NCBI GenBank assembly: GCA_964476595.1
Contig: CAYZCL010000133.1
Coordinates: forward strand, 179 to 64,178
Length of the DNA stretch: 64,000 bases
From: an uncultured Desulfobacteraceae bacterium
Lineage (GTDB): Bacteria > Desulfobacterota > Desulfobacteria > Desulfobacterales > JALSRD01
Direction of reading: 5' to 3'
Of this stretch, positions 36,921 to 45,986 are shown piece by piece. The position numbers and the translations under genes are program-made. Numbering within the stretch: the first letter of the stretch is position 1; each line of letters opens with the position of its first letter. The notes beneath the pieces are model-generated. The model had not been told where the DNA came from. It made no database searches and saw only the letters and a program-made list of their open reading frames with translations.

Positions 36921-38063
36921 TCAGCTGGGGCCGCATTCGGAATCTGCCGGCGGCAGATCGGTGGGTGCTGCGGCCAGGCCCGCCGGGGGCCTGCGCCGCT
37001 TTTGCAAACATGCCGCCAGCCTGCCCAGCGGTTTGACCGAGATGAGCAGCACCGCGACGGCACCGGCCCACTGCACCCAGGGCGGCAGCATTTCGGCGGC
37101 CCGGCCCGCCGCGGCCTGCGCCGATATCCCGCAGTGCGTGTAGATCCGGTCCAGCAGCAACCCGAAAACCACGCTGCAGACGGCGATGGACGCCAGGTAG
37201 ATGGCCGTGGCACGCCTGCCCAGGGTGCCGAAAAGCACGGTCAGCGACGCCATGTTGGTGGCCGGGCCGGCCAGCAGGAACACCAGGGCCGCACCCGGGC
37301 TGACGCCCTTGAGGATCAGGGCCGCCGCGATGGGCGTCGAGGAACTGGCGCAGATGTAAAAGGGAATACCGACGGCCAACATCAGCAGCATGGCCTGCAG
37401 GCCGGATCCGAGGTGGCGGCCGAGAAAATCCGGTGGCACCAGCACGGTGATGCCCCCCGCCAACAGCAGTCCCACGAAAAACCAGGCCGCGATATCGGCC
37501 CACAGGTCACCGAAGGCATAGACCAGGCCGGACCGGATCTTGGCGGCGAAACTGTGGTGGCGCCGGTGTTCCTCGGGAGGGCAGTCGATACCGTCACAGC
37601 ACCCGTCCACCGGGCAGCTGCGATCGGGTTCCACCACCCGGCCTTCGGGTTTGAAGGAGGCGAGGTTCTCGCTGATGCCGGCCACCGAGGCGGTGAGGAA
37701 GGCCGCCAGCGGCCGCGCCACGGTCATGATGGGGTCCAGCAGCGCCCAAGTGATCGAAATGGAGTCCACGCCCGACTCGGGGGTGGAGATCAGGAAGGCC
37801 GTGGTGGCGCCGCGGGTGGCGCCCTGTTTGCGCAGCGACACGGCTGCGGGCAGCGTGCCGCAGGATCACAGGGGGATGGGAATGCCCAGCACGGCGGCCT
37901 TGAACACCGACGCGAAACGGCCCCGTCCCAGGTGGCGGGCCACCGACTGGGGGTTCAGGAAAACCCGCAGCAGGCCGCTGACCAGCAGGCCGAACAGAAT
38001 ATAGACGGATGCCTCCAGCAGCAGCTGCCAGGAGGCGGTGAGAACATCGATAACGGTATTCAT
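36921..38063 (-). CDS. ArsP/DUF318 (SO_0444-like) permease with in-frame UGA (candidate selenocysteine) in the CSC motif
   Basis: ORFs 37866..38216 and 36921..37841 are in the same frame, separated only by the TGA at 37866-37868. The read-through gives ..AAVLGIPIPL-U-SCGTLPAAVSLRKQGATRGATTAFLISTPESGVDS.., and the family consensus is PLPLCSCG. There is a Cys/His-rich loop (CPVDGCCDGIDCPPEEHRRHH). Start is MNTVIDVL at 38063. Confidence 0.65.
37831..37848 (-). ncRNA. candidate bacterial SECIS hairpin
   Basis: The mRNA segment CGCAGC-CGUGUC-GCUGCG is a 6-bp stem with a 6-nt loop containing GU, spanning +18 to +35 after the UGA. A second hairpin, CUGCGG-N8-CCGCAG, begins at +4. Confidence 0.35.
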
Positions 38064-38169
38064 GCAAACTCCATCCGCAGGTTGTTTCCGGCGGCCGTGC
38101 GGACCGGCAGCGGGGTCAGCACGGGGGCCCCGGTTGACAGGGTCCGCCGGGAACGCGGCACGTGCCGTC

Positions 38170-38544
38170 TCATTCCCGGAGGTGTGCCAGGCTGACATCC
38201 AGCAGGGTCTCGACATGGTGATCGTCGAGCGTGTAGTAGACGATCTGTCCGTCGCGACGGCTCCTGACCAGCGCCAGGTCCTTGAGCCGCCGCAGCTGGT
38301 GGGATACGGCCGACTCGCTCAGGCCGGTGAAGGCGGCCAGGTCGCAGACGCACATCTCCGTTTCCCGCAGGGCGATCATCATCTTCAGCCGACTGGGGTC
38401 CCCCAGGGCCTTGAAGATGCGCGACAAGCCTTCCAGCGCCCGCGCGGGCACCTGCGAACGCTGCGCCTGCTCCACCTTGTCCAGATGAACCACCCGCACC
38501 CGGCAGCCTTCCCCGTCGACGAAATCCAACTCGGCAGCTGACAT
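38170..38544 (-). CDS. ArsR/SmtB-family regulator
   Basis: 124 aa from MSAAELD, with ..LGDPSRLKMMIALRETEMCVCDLAAFTGLSESAVSHQLRRL... Confidence 0.85.
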   Translation of the reverse strand: MSAAELDFVDGEGCRVRVVHLDKVEQAQRSQVPARALEGLSRIFKALGDPSRLKMMIALRETEMCVCDLAAFTGLSESAVSHQLRRLKDLALVRSRRDGQIVYYTLDDHHVETLLDVSLAHLRE

Positions 38545-38582
38545 GTCCCGGCTCTCCTTCGCCAGTCTACAATAAATGAACA

Positions 38583-38606
38583 TATATTCAATGCTTGTTG
38601 AATATA
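38583..38606. promoter_or_regulatory. candidate ArsR operator
   Basis: TATATTCAA-TGCTTG-TTGAATATA has 9-bp perfect inverted arms. It lies 39 nt upstream of the arsR start. Confidence 0.5.
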
Positions 38607-38819
38607 ACCCCCTTGACGGCGCCGTCAACCCTCGGCCGTCCATTTCCCGAAGCCTTCCCAATCACCCGCCCGCAGCGGCGCCTGCAGGAGGCGCCGGCCG
38701 TCCGAAGTTATCCGCGGATGAACGCCGGGCATAATTCGGCTGCGCGCCGTCGGACGCCCCTGGGCAAGAAATGCGCGCCTCCATCCCGGGCCGCCGCTCC
38801 CCGCGTATCGGCGGGAGGG

Positions 38820-39053
38820 TCAGTCGCGGATCCAGGATTTTACATCCTCCCTGCCGGGGACCCTTCCCACCAGTCTGACCTCGCCGTCCACCACCACGGC
38901 CGAGGTCGTGAAGACGCCGTAACCGGCGATCTGCATCACGTCGGTGACCTTCTCCACCGCCGCGTCGGCACCGCTCTCGGCAATGACGTCCCCAACGACC
39001 TTTTCCGTTTCCCGGCATTTGGGGCAGCCGGGGACCAGTACTTGGATCTGCAT
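38820..39053 (-). CDS. thioredoxin-fold protein (redox-active disulfide protein 2 / TM0996-type)
   Basis: 77 aa reading MQIQVLVPGCPKCRETEK...VFTTSAVVVDGEV. Confidence 0.8.
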   Translation of the reverse strand: MQIQVLVPGCPKCRETEKVVGDVIAESGADAAVEKVTDVMQIAGYGVFTTSAVVVDGEVRLVGRVPGREDVKSWIRD

Positions 39054-39214
39054 GGCGTTTCTCCCGGGTGTTCGGTTCCCCCAAGGGAGGCCGCCGGCCC
39101 AACCCCGCATTACTTTACGGGAATATACAGAACCCTGTACCGGGCGTCAAGGACCGGCCGGGCACCGCCGGGAATCTACACACGAGACGCACCGGAAAAC
39201 CGCTCGCCGCCGCG

Positions 39215-40045
39215 TCACCGCGCCTCCCGGATGAGCCGGTAGACATCGTGGGGATCGGCCTGGTTGCGGTCGGCGATATCCTTGAGGCTCTGGTCACCGG
39301 CGGCCGCGATCCCGGCCGCTTCCAGCGCCTTGCGAACCGTCTCCAGATCGCGGCCGTAACTCCGGCAGATTTCGGCCAGCGATTTGCGGCCGATGCCGGC
39401 CGGCGGTTCAGCCGGCATGTCGGCGCCGGTTGCGGCGGCCGCTTTTCCCCCGGCGGCTTTCATGATGCCGTAGAGCTGCTGGGGGGTCATGCCGTTGGCG
39501 GCGGCGATCTCCTGGAGGTTCTGGTCGGGCCCCTGGAAACGGATCCCCCGGGCCCGCAGCGCCGCCATGGCCTTTTGCAGGTCCAGGCCGGTGCGCTGCG
39601 CCAGGGATTTGAGGCGCGACAGCTCCGCGTGCCCATATGGCGGCGCCCCGTACCTGGCCTCGGCCGCTTCCTTGAGGGTGTCGTTGAAGGTCAACACCCA
39701 GCTGAACGGCGGCACGTAGAACAGCGTCCCGACGGTGAAGGCCAGGCTGAGCAGCAGCGCCACGTTGAACTCGGGTGTGAATATCCGGATCTTCCTGGCC
39801 TTGTTCTTGAGGTAATTCACGATGGGCTTCCAGTTGTAGTAGACGTGCAGCAGGATGCTCAGCAGGAAGAGCAGCCCCAGGTTGATGTGCAGATCGCCCC
39901 ACTGGGTCTTGGTGAGTCCCCAAAGGCGCCAATCGGCCCAGTAGGCCACGCGGCCCTGGGGTACGATGTAGAGAATCACGCTGGTGATGACCAGCAGGCA
40001 GAACGAGACCAGTGCGGTCAGGGATGTGATCTTGCGAATTTTCAT
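39215..40045 (-). CDS. DUF4405-like membrane protein with C-terminal repeated helical (HTH-like) modules
   Basis: 276 aa from MKIRKI. It has 4 TM with conserved His/Trp (..YIVPQGRVAYWADW..WGDLHINLG..). Four repeats of the type L..IA...G.....V/L follow. Confidence 0.6.
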   Translation of the reverse strand: MKIRKITSLTALVSFCLLVITSVILYIVPQGRVAYWADWRLWGLTKTQWGDLHINLGLLFLLSILLHVYYNWKPIVNYLKNKARKIRIFTPEFNVALLLSLAFTVGTLFYVPPFSWVLTFNDTLKEAAEARYGAPPYGHAELSRLKSLAQRTGLDLQKAMAALRARGIRFQGPDQNLQEIAAANGMTPQQLYGIMKAAGGKAAAATGADMPAEPPAGIGRKSLAEICRSYGRDLETVRKALEAAGIAAAGDQSLKDIADRNQADPHDVYRLIREAR

Positions 40046-40610
40046 GGGAAAGTTTCCTGTGCCTTTTTCGAACAAGCCTGTCGGCCGTTGCGAACATTAA
40101 CGATACGTGCCGGTTTTTTCCTAACTTCGGTCGACAGGTAAATCAAAACCCGTGCCAAACCCGGTTTCGGATAAAATCAGGCGGTTGGCGCATATGATAA
40201 GGCATGCGCGTCGACAATCAATGGTTTCCGGCGACAATTTTGTCGAAGCGTTTACGGGAAAAGAGCAGCACTGGCGGCAGGGGATACGCCGGACGGCCAC
40301 CGGGGGGCTTTGGCCGCACCGCCGGGGCGCGTCCCCCCGGCCCCCGGCAAGTCACGGTCGGACGCCCGGGGCCGGATCGGGCGTCGCCGCCGGTTGCCGG
40401 CGCGGGTTCTCCCGGACATCGGATGACCGGAACCACGGGGCGGTCCTCATGCAGATGCGGACCCGCAAGAGCATCACCGGCACCTCGATCAGCACCCCCC
40501 CACCACGGTGGCCGGAGCGATGGCCGCCTCGAAAGGGTTCCGCCCGCAGCGAATGACGAGTCCCGGTTCAGCTGATAGCTTTGGGGCGGCCGATTGCAGG
40601 AGGGAGCGCC

Positions 40611-41342
40611 ATGCGGTCTTTGATTTCCGCAACCCGCGCACTGTCGGACGAAAGCCGTCTGCGGGCGCTGATGGCCCTGATGGGGCGGGGACTGTGTGTC
40701 TGCCGAATCATCGAGCTGCTGGGACTGGCGCATTTCACGGTTTCCAGACACATGTCCATTCTGCGGCGGGCGCGCCTGGTCAGCGGCCGCCAGAAGGGCC
40801 GCTGGATGTACTACCGTGCGGCAACGGACAGCGGCTTGGAAGAAATTCGCCAGGCCCCCGCCTGGGTCCGGGCATCCCCGGCCGGCACGGACCGCATCGC
40901 AAAAGACACCCTACGCCTCGAAGAAAACCTTAAAGTCCCCCCCCGAAAAGCGCTGCGGGCCCGGGCCCAGTGCCAAAAGCGCCTGACCTTCCGGCAGGCC
41001 TGCCGTTTCACCCCCTTCCCTCGCCTGCCTTACCGGCGCCGGGGGCGCGTCCACGACAGATACATCTTTTCCCCGGATGGCGCCGCGGACCGGTGCGATC
41101 GCACGCACGCTCCTCCTGAATCGGGGACCGAAGACATCCCGACCACGCCATTTCCCCTTTTCGCCGGCATTCTCATTTCGAGGCGGGTGTTTCACGTGGT
41201 CTTCATCGCCGTGTCTGCTACCATCGTGCAGGCCTTCCGCCTCCTCGCCGGGCTGGACTGCAGGCCGCAGCAGGATCAGACCCGAACGAATGGCTCGGCC
41301 CTTTTCGGAACCAAGCCGGCGATCACGGCGCCATGTCTTTGA
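40611..41342 (+). CDS. ArsR-family regulator; ORF continues ~130 aa beyond the recognisable domain
   Basis: MRSLISATRALSDESRLRALMALMGRGLCVCRIIELLGLAHFTVSRHMSILRRARLV..WMYYR. No stop occurs until 41342, and the tail is featureless. Confidence 0.55.
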   Translation: MRSLISATRALSDESRLRALMALMGRGLCVCRIIELLGLAHFTVSRHMSILRRARLVSGRQKGRWMYYRAATDSGLEEIRQAPAWVRASPAGTDRIAKDTLRLEENLKVPPRKALRARAQCQKRLTFRQACRFTPFPRLPYRRRGRVHDRYIFSPDGAADRCDRTHAPPESGTEDIPTTPFPLFAGILISRRVFHVVFIAVSATIVQAFRLLAGLDCRPQQDQTRTNGSALFGTKPAITAPCL

Positions 41343-43425
41343 CGACTTTGATCACCACCAGCGTCAGGTCGTCCTCCTGGGGCCTCTCATCCCGGAAAGC
41401 CGTGGCCGCCTCAAACATGGCGTCCACGATTTCGGCCGACGACCGGTGCGCGTTGCGCCGAATGACTTCCTGCATGCGCCCGCGCCCAAAGTAGGCCCCC
41501 GTGGGGTCACGCGTCTCGGAAATGCCGTCGGTGCCGATGACCAGTATCTGGCCGGCCCTGAAATCCCGGCACGACTCCTCGTATTGCGTGTCGGTCTGTA
41601 CGCCGAGCGGCAGCCCGCGGCCTTTCAGGACCTGCATGCCATCGTCGGACGGATCGTAGAGCAATGCCGGTTCATGTCCGGCCCGTACCCACTGCAGGCG
41701 GCCGTTGCGCCGGATGATACGCACCAGGAAGAGGGTCATGAACTGCCCGCTCGTGCCCACGTCGCGCATGAAGTAGCGATTGACATCGGCAACGATCGTC
41801 GCCAGCGACTCCGATGAGTGGGCCCGCACCCGCAGGGCCGAGCGTACCGTGGCCATCAGGATGGCGGCCGAAATGCCGTGACCCGAGACGTCTCCCACCA
41901 CCACGCACAGTTGGTCGGGACGGATGTCCCCCTCGCAGAGGAAATCGAACAGGTCGCCGCCGGTTTCGTCCGAGTACAGGATCTTGCCGGCCACGTCCAG
42001 GCCCGGCACCCGGGGCGCCTCTTCCGGCAGCAGGCTCTGCTGGATCTCCCGGGCGATTTCCAGGTCGCGCCGCATCTGGGCGTGGGCCTTGAGACGGGGG
42101 CCCACCTGGTTGAAAACCCGTGCCATGTCCCCGAATTCGTCCCGCGAGCGAATGTTGACACGGGCGTCGAAATCGCCCTGCGCCAAACGCCGACTGGCCG
42201 TCACCAGGGCTTCCAACGGCCGGGTGACGGTACGCGAGAAGCGCAGCGCCAGCAGAAAGGCCAAGATGATCATCACCACCAGGAAAACGAAAGTGAAGTA
42301 CGACACCCGGCGTACCCGCAGGTCGATGGAATCGATCACCCGGCCGCCGCCGCCCAGCATCTTGTCGCGGGGCACGATGATCACGAAATCGGTGCCCTGG
42401 CCGGGCAACGGGCCGTAGGCCCAGAAGCAAGACCGGCCTCCGTATGGCAGCTGACGTACGCGGCTGGCGCGGATAGCCATGTCCTGAAGGACGAGACGCG
42501 ATTGCCCGTCTTGCGGCGCCGCCAGCCAGCGGTTCTCCGGGACGACCTGTATCTCGCTCCATCGGCCCTCGGGCGCGAAGCGTCTGGCCACCAGCACCGC
42601 GGCGCCCACCTGGCCGCTGTGCGGATCGTTGCCCAGCGTGGCGAGCAGGACGACGGTTCCCTCGGGCAGCCCGGCGACCGCCGAGACCATGTCGATGACG
42701 GTGTCGAGCGGAACCACCAGGCTGGTAACGCCCACGACGCCATGGTCCGGCCCCCGCAGGGGGATGCTGACGGCCATCACCCAGCGGCCGGTGGCCGCAT
42801 CGCGGTAGGGCATGGTCCAGTAGGAGAGTTTCTCCCGGAAAGCCGAACGATACCAGGGCTGCTGCCGTGGATCGAAACCGGCCTGCCGTGGACGGTAGCA
42901 GGGATAGACGACGCACAGGCCGCTTTGCAGGGCCGAAAATTGCCAGAGCACGATCTCTCCCAGGTGCCGCGAAATGGCCTCGTAGACCGGTCCCACCGGC
43001 CACAGGCGCCGTTTTCCGTCGCGGGTGCGCAACGCCGAGACGCCCGGGGCCACGATGAAGCACGGCCGGGAATAATCCACCGGCGTTTGCCCGCGCGGCA
43101 CAAAATTACGGCTATCGGGGACGGCCAGGTCCTCCTTCGGCGACCCGCCGCCGGAATCGGTCACCGCCAGGCTGCGCTCCGCCTCGAAGGCCTGGGAAAA
43201 AAGCGCCATCTCTACCTGCTCGCGTATGCTTTCCAGGGTGCGGGCGTATTCGCTGATGACCATGTGCAGGCGGTTGACGGCCCCTTGGCGTCGGGCTTCA
43301 CGCACTTTCTCCTTGAGGGCGTCGGCCATGAGGTGCACGTTGTGCATACCAAAGCTCCTCAGGCCGATGACCGGCACGATGGAGATCAGCAGAAAGAGAA
43401 TCAGCAGCTTCCAGCGGTATTTCAT
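41323..43425 (-). CDS. sensor phosphatase: periplasmic Cache-like domain, HAMP, PP2C/SpoIIE domain
   Basis: 700 aa with TM1 at aa 5-25, a ~340-aa periplasmic domain, TM2 and HAMP (..RPLEALVTASRRLAQGDFDARV..). The SpoIIE region follows (..GGDLFDF..VVVGDVSGHGISAA..GTDGISE..). Confidence 0.85.
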   Translation of the reverse strand: MKYRWKLLILFLLISIVPVIGLRSFGMHNVHLMADALKEKVREARRQGAVNRLHMVISEYARTLESIREQVEMALFSQAFEAERSLAVTDSGGGSPKEDLAVPDSRNFVPRGQTPVDYSRPCFIVAPGVSALRTRDGKRRLWPVGPVYEAISRHLGEIVLWQFSALQSGLCVVYPCYRPRQAGFDPRQQPWYRSAFREKLSYWTMPYRDAATGRWVMAVSIPLRGPDHGVVGVTSLVVPLDTVIDMVSAVAGLPEGTVVLLATLGNDPHSGQVGAAVLVARRFAPEGRWSEIQVVPENRWLAAPQDGQSRLVLQDMAIRASRVRQLPYGGRSCFWAYGPLPGQGTDFVIIVPRDKMLGGGGRVIDSIDLRVRRVSYFTFVFLVVMIILAFLLALRFSRTVTRPLEALVTASRRLAQGDFDARVNIRSRDEFGDMARVFNQVGPRLKAHAQMRRDLEIAREIQQSLLPEEAPRVPGLDVAGKILYSDETGGDLFDFLCEGDIRPDQLCVVVGDVSGHGISAAILMATVRSALRVRAHSSESLATIVADVNRYFMRDVGTSGQFMTLFLVRIIRRNGRLQWVRAGHEPALLYDPSDDGMQVLKGRGLPLGVQTDTQYEESCRDFRAGQILVIGTDGISETRDPTGAYFGRGRMQEVIRRNAHRSSAEIVDAMFEAATAFRDERPQEDDLTLVVIKVVKDMAP

Positions 43426-43777
43426 GGTCCATCTTCCCCTTCGGAAACGGGACTGCGCGTCCGGTGTTTAGCCGCCGGACCCCGCAGTGGTCCAGCCCCG
43501 CCCCTTGCTCCCGCCTCCGCACCTTGCTCCCGGCCCCGCGCAAACACCCCCGCCGCCCCCTGGTGGCGGTATGACTGAAAAAGCAAAAAACATACCAGAA
43601 GCCATCTCACAAAAACCGAAGTAATATTTGAATGCATCCAAGTAGGACCATACCCTGGAACGATAAACCCGGATTTCACATCGAGATTTGCGCTTGACCA
43701 ATAAAAAAAGCACCCATTTATAATGATCTTGGCAAGTTAATCGTAGATCACCTACGAGCAAGGAGATCATCAAAAGG

Positions 43778-44210
43778 GTGCGAAAGCAAAATAGCAAATC
43801 GGGCCGTCCCCGTAAAGTCTTTCGGCAAGGATGTCACTGCCCATGCCGGCATGGCGCTGGTAGCCCATGCGATAGAGGCATTTGAGCTGCGCAGCCTGAG
43901 GGCGATGTCGACTGGGATGAAGTGACGCACGACGCCACTTTCAGCCGGAGGCTCAAACGCTTCGACTGGCATCACAAGCTTTACCTGCGACAGGTACCAG
44001 GCGAGCCGTACTGGCGGCTTGAGGTTAACGGCCGATCGCCTATAACCTGCTCAACTGCATTCGCCGGATCGCACTGCCCAGGACCTACCGGAGCGCCCGG
44101 ATCAAACGGCTTTCATTTCTGTTTTTCCAGATCGGCGCCAACGTGGTTCGGCGTTCACGCGGGCTGTGGGGTAAAACTGACAAACGGCCTCCAGCGTGCT
44201 GTTGACTGAA
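43778..44210 (+). pseudogene. degenerate DDE transposase fragments (IS1380/IS4-like)
   Basis: The frames are broken. Peptides SFGKDVTAHAGMALVAHAIEAFELRSL and NLLNCIRRIALPRTYRSARIKRLSFLFFQIGANVVRRSRGLW resemble the N- and C-termini of IS1380-type transposases, with the middle deleted. Confidence 0.4.
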
Positions 44211-44350
44211 ATGCTTATCGAAGCCTGGTGAAAATGGTTTCAACTGCGTCGATTTTCGAGGCCAATGCTAAATCCGGGTTCATGAGGTATACCGACAACA
44301 GCAACGGATGTTCGACCACTGCGAGAGACGGATTGATGATCGGATCGTGA

Positions 44351-44824
44351 GTGTATCCCAGTCTCATGTCGGGCCAATCAAACGGGGAAAAAGCCGGCGC
44401 GGTCACCGAATTTGGCGCAAAAATACCGGTTAGCCTGGTAGACGGGTTTACCTTTGTTGATCGAATTAACTGGAATAACTATAAAGAGTATAATGACTTA
44501 AAAGGCAAGATCAAGGCATATCGAGACCGTTTTAGGTATTATCCGGAATCGGTGCATGCCGATAAGATTTACCGAAACAGGAAGAGTCGTCAATTTTGTA
44601 AAAGAAATGGTATCCGTTTTTCAGGTCCGGCATTGGGGAGGGCACCGAAGGAAGTCGACCCGGAACGTAAACGACGAGCAGGCCAGGACGAATCGGATCG
44701 TATTTTAATCGAAGGTAAATTCGGCCAAGGCAAGCGGTGGTTCAGTTTATTAAAGATCATGTGCAAATCTGCCAGGACATCAGAGGCTGCCATGGGTGCT
44801 GATGAGGCTGTTGGTATGCGATAG
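44351..44824 (+). pseudogene. C-terminal fragment of an IS5-family transposase
   Basis: ..EFGAKIPVSLVDGFTFVDRINW..YPESVHADKIYRNRKSRQFCKRNGIRFSGPALGR..IEGKFGQGKRWFSL.. matches the IS5/DDE_Tnp_1 C-terminus. The N-terminal catalytic part is missing. Confidence 0.65.
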
Positions 44825-45047
44825 AAATGTTTCTTTCCAAACTCAAAACCGGCCAGTTGCTAATTTTAACTACTTTTGGAGTTTTTCAGGAAACCCTAAC
44901 TGACACCAAGCAACCGGGGGCAACCCATCGATGTCATCGCAGTCTGCATCGGGCGTATACGTCTCCCACAAACAGCTTTATTCAGGAAGCCGCCACCCGG
45001 ATGGGTTACTTAGCCGGATACCAACCATCCATTTAGCCAGAGCCAAT

Positions 45048-45986
45048 TCAGCTTATTAATCCATGCAGGTAATCAACCATTTTTTTTCTGTCATTTAGTT
45101 CAGCAACCGTATTTTCTTTAATCCATCTGAGCCCGCCCTTGAAATTCTGGATCACCACCTGATTTTCTGTGGCAAACCCCAAAAGACTATGTTCTGTCTC
45201 CCAAAGATGTGAATGAATGGATTTTCCCTGGAAAAATAATTTCTCATTTCCCCCTGTTGCAGGGTCTGGGGTCTTGATCGTGAAGTTGAACCTGGGGCAG
45301 CTATTGGTCAGATAAACTGAGAAATGATCATAATCATGAATGAAGTTGATTAACGACGCGATATGTTTCTCTTTCCAGCGCTTGTCTTGAACATTGGCCG
45401 AGCTATGAGTGTATGTCTCCAAGCATTTACGGCAGATGTAATGCTCAACCGGATATTGCGTCAATATATTAATAAAATTGTTTTTTCTGGCCCGCCCGAC
45501 GGCCTCGATAAGTTTAAAAAAGATGGGGTGAGGATCGACCTTGTCTTTGTTAAAATATGTGCGATAGCCTTCAGGCAATACGTTGGCCGTGGGTTCGTCA
45601 TTGACAATGACGATCCGGCCGGGAATGGATTCTCCGATTAAAATAATCAGCTCATACGTGAACCAGGCTTGCAGCGGCAACATCGCAGAGGTGATCTTGC
45701 GGTTCCCAACCGATTCGATGAACAGCGGTATGTCGTCTCTATTTAACTTGGCCCGGTCAAAGATCGTCAACATATTGTCTATCTCGTCCAGGTCCAGATT
45801 CAACGCAACGGCTAAAGCAATTACTTTTCTCCGATCCACGTTTTTGATCTGACCGTTTTCAAGATGCTGAATATAGGTATTGGACAGTCCGGAAATGGCC
45901 GCCACCTGGTTCCGCGGTATCTCCTTATCTTTTAATATTTCTCTGATGTAAGTGGCTGCTTTGCGATCTCTTTTGTCTATATTCAT
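45048..45986 (-). CDS. XRE-family HTH regulator with large C-terminal domain
   Basis: 312 aa with an N-terminal ..RNQVAAISGLSNTYIQHLENGQIKNVDRRKVIALAVAL... The ~230-aa C-terminal domain is not recognised. Confidence 0.7.
   Translation of the reverse strand: MNIDKRDRKAATYIREILKDKEIPRNQVAAISGLSNTYIQHLENGQIKNVDRRKVIALAVALNLDLDEIDNMLTIFDRAKLNRDDIPLFIESVGNRKITSAMLPLQAWFTYELIILIGESIPGRIVIVNDEPTANVLPEGYRTYFNKDKVDPHPIFFKLIEAVGRARKNNFINILTQYPVEHYICRKCLETYTHSSANVQDKRWKEKHIASLINFIHDYDHFSVYLTNSCPRFNFTIKTPDPATGGNEKLFFQGKSIHSHLWETEHSLLGFATENQVVIQNFKGGLRWIKENTVAELNDRKKMVDYLHGLIS

Noticed and set aside
40100-40610. Possible genes in the 500-bp G+C-rich gap (ORFs 40152-40556, 40204-40575 and 40218-40751).
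   Set aside because: The translations are Arg/Pro/Gly-rich with no RBS-start arrangement or motif. The gap is treated as intergenic and regulatory for the divergent DUF4405 and arsR genes.
44215-45036. Small ORFs 44215-44406(-) and 44827-45036(+) as island cargo.
   Set aside because: They lie within or next to transposase debris and have no RBS or recognisable features.
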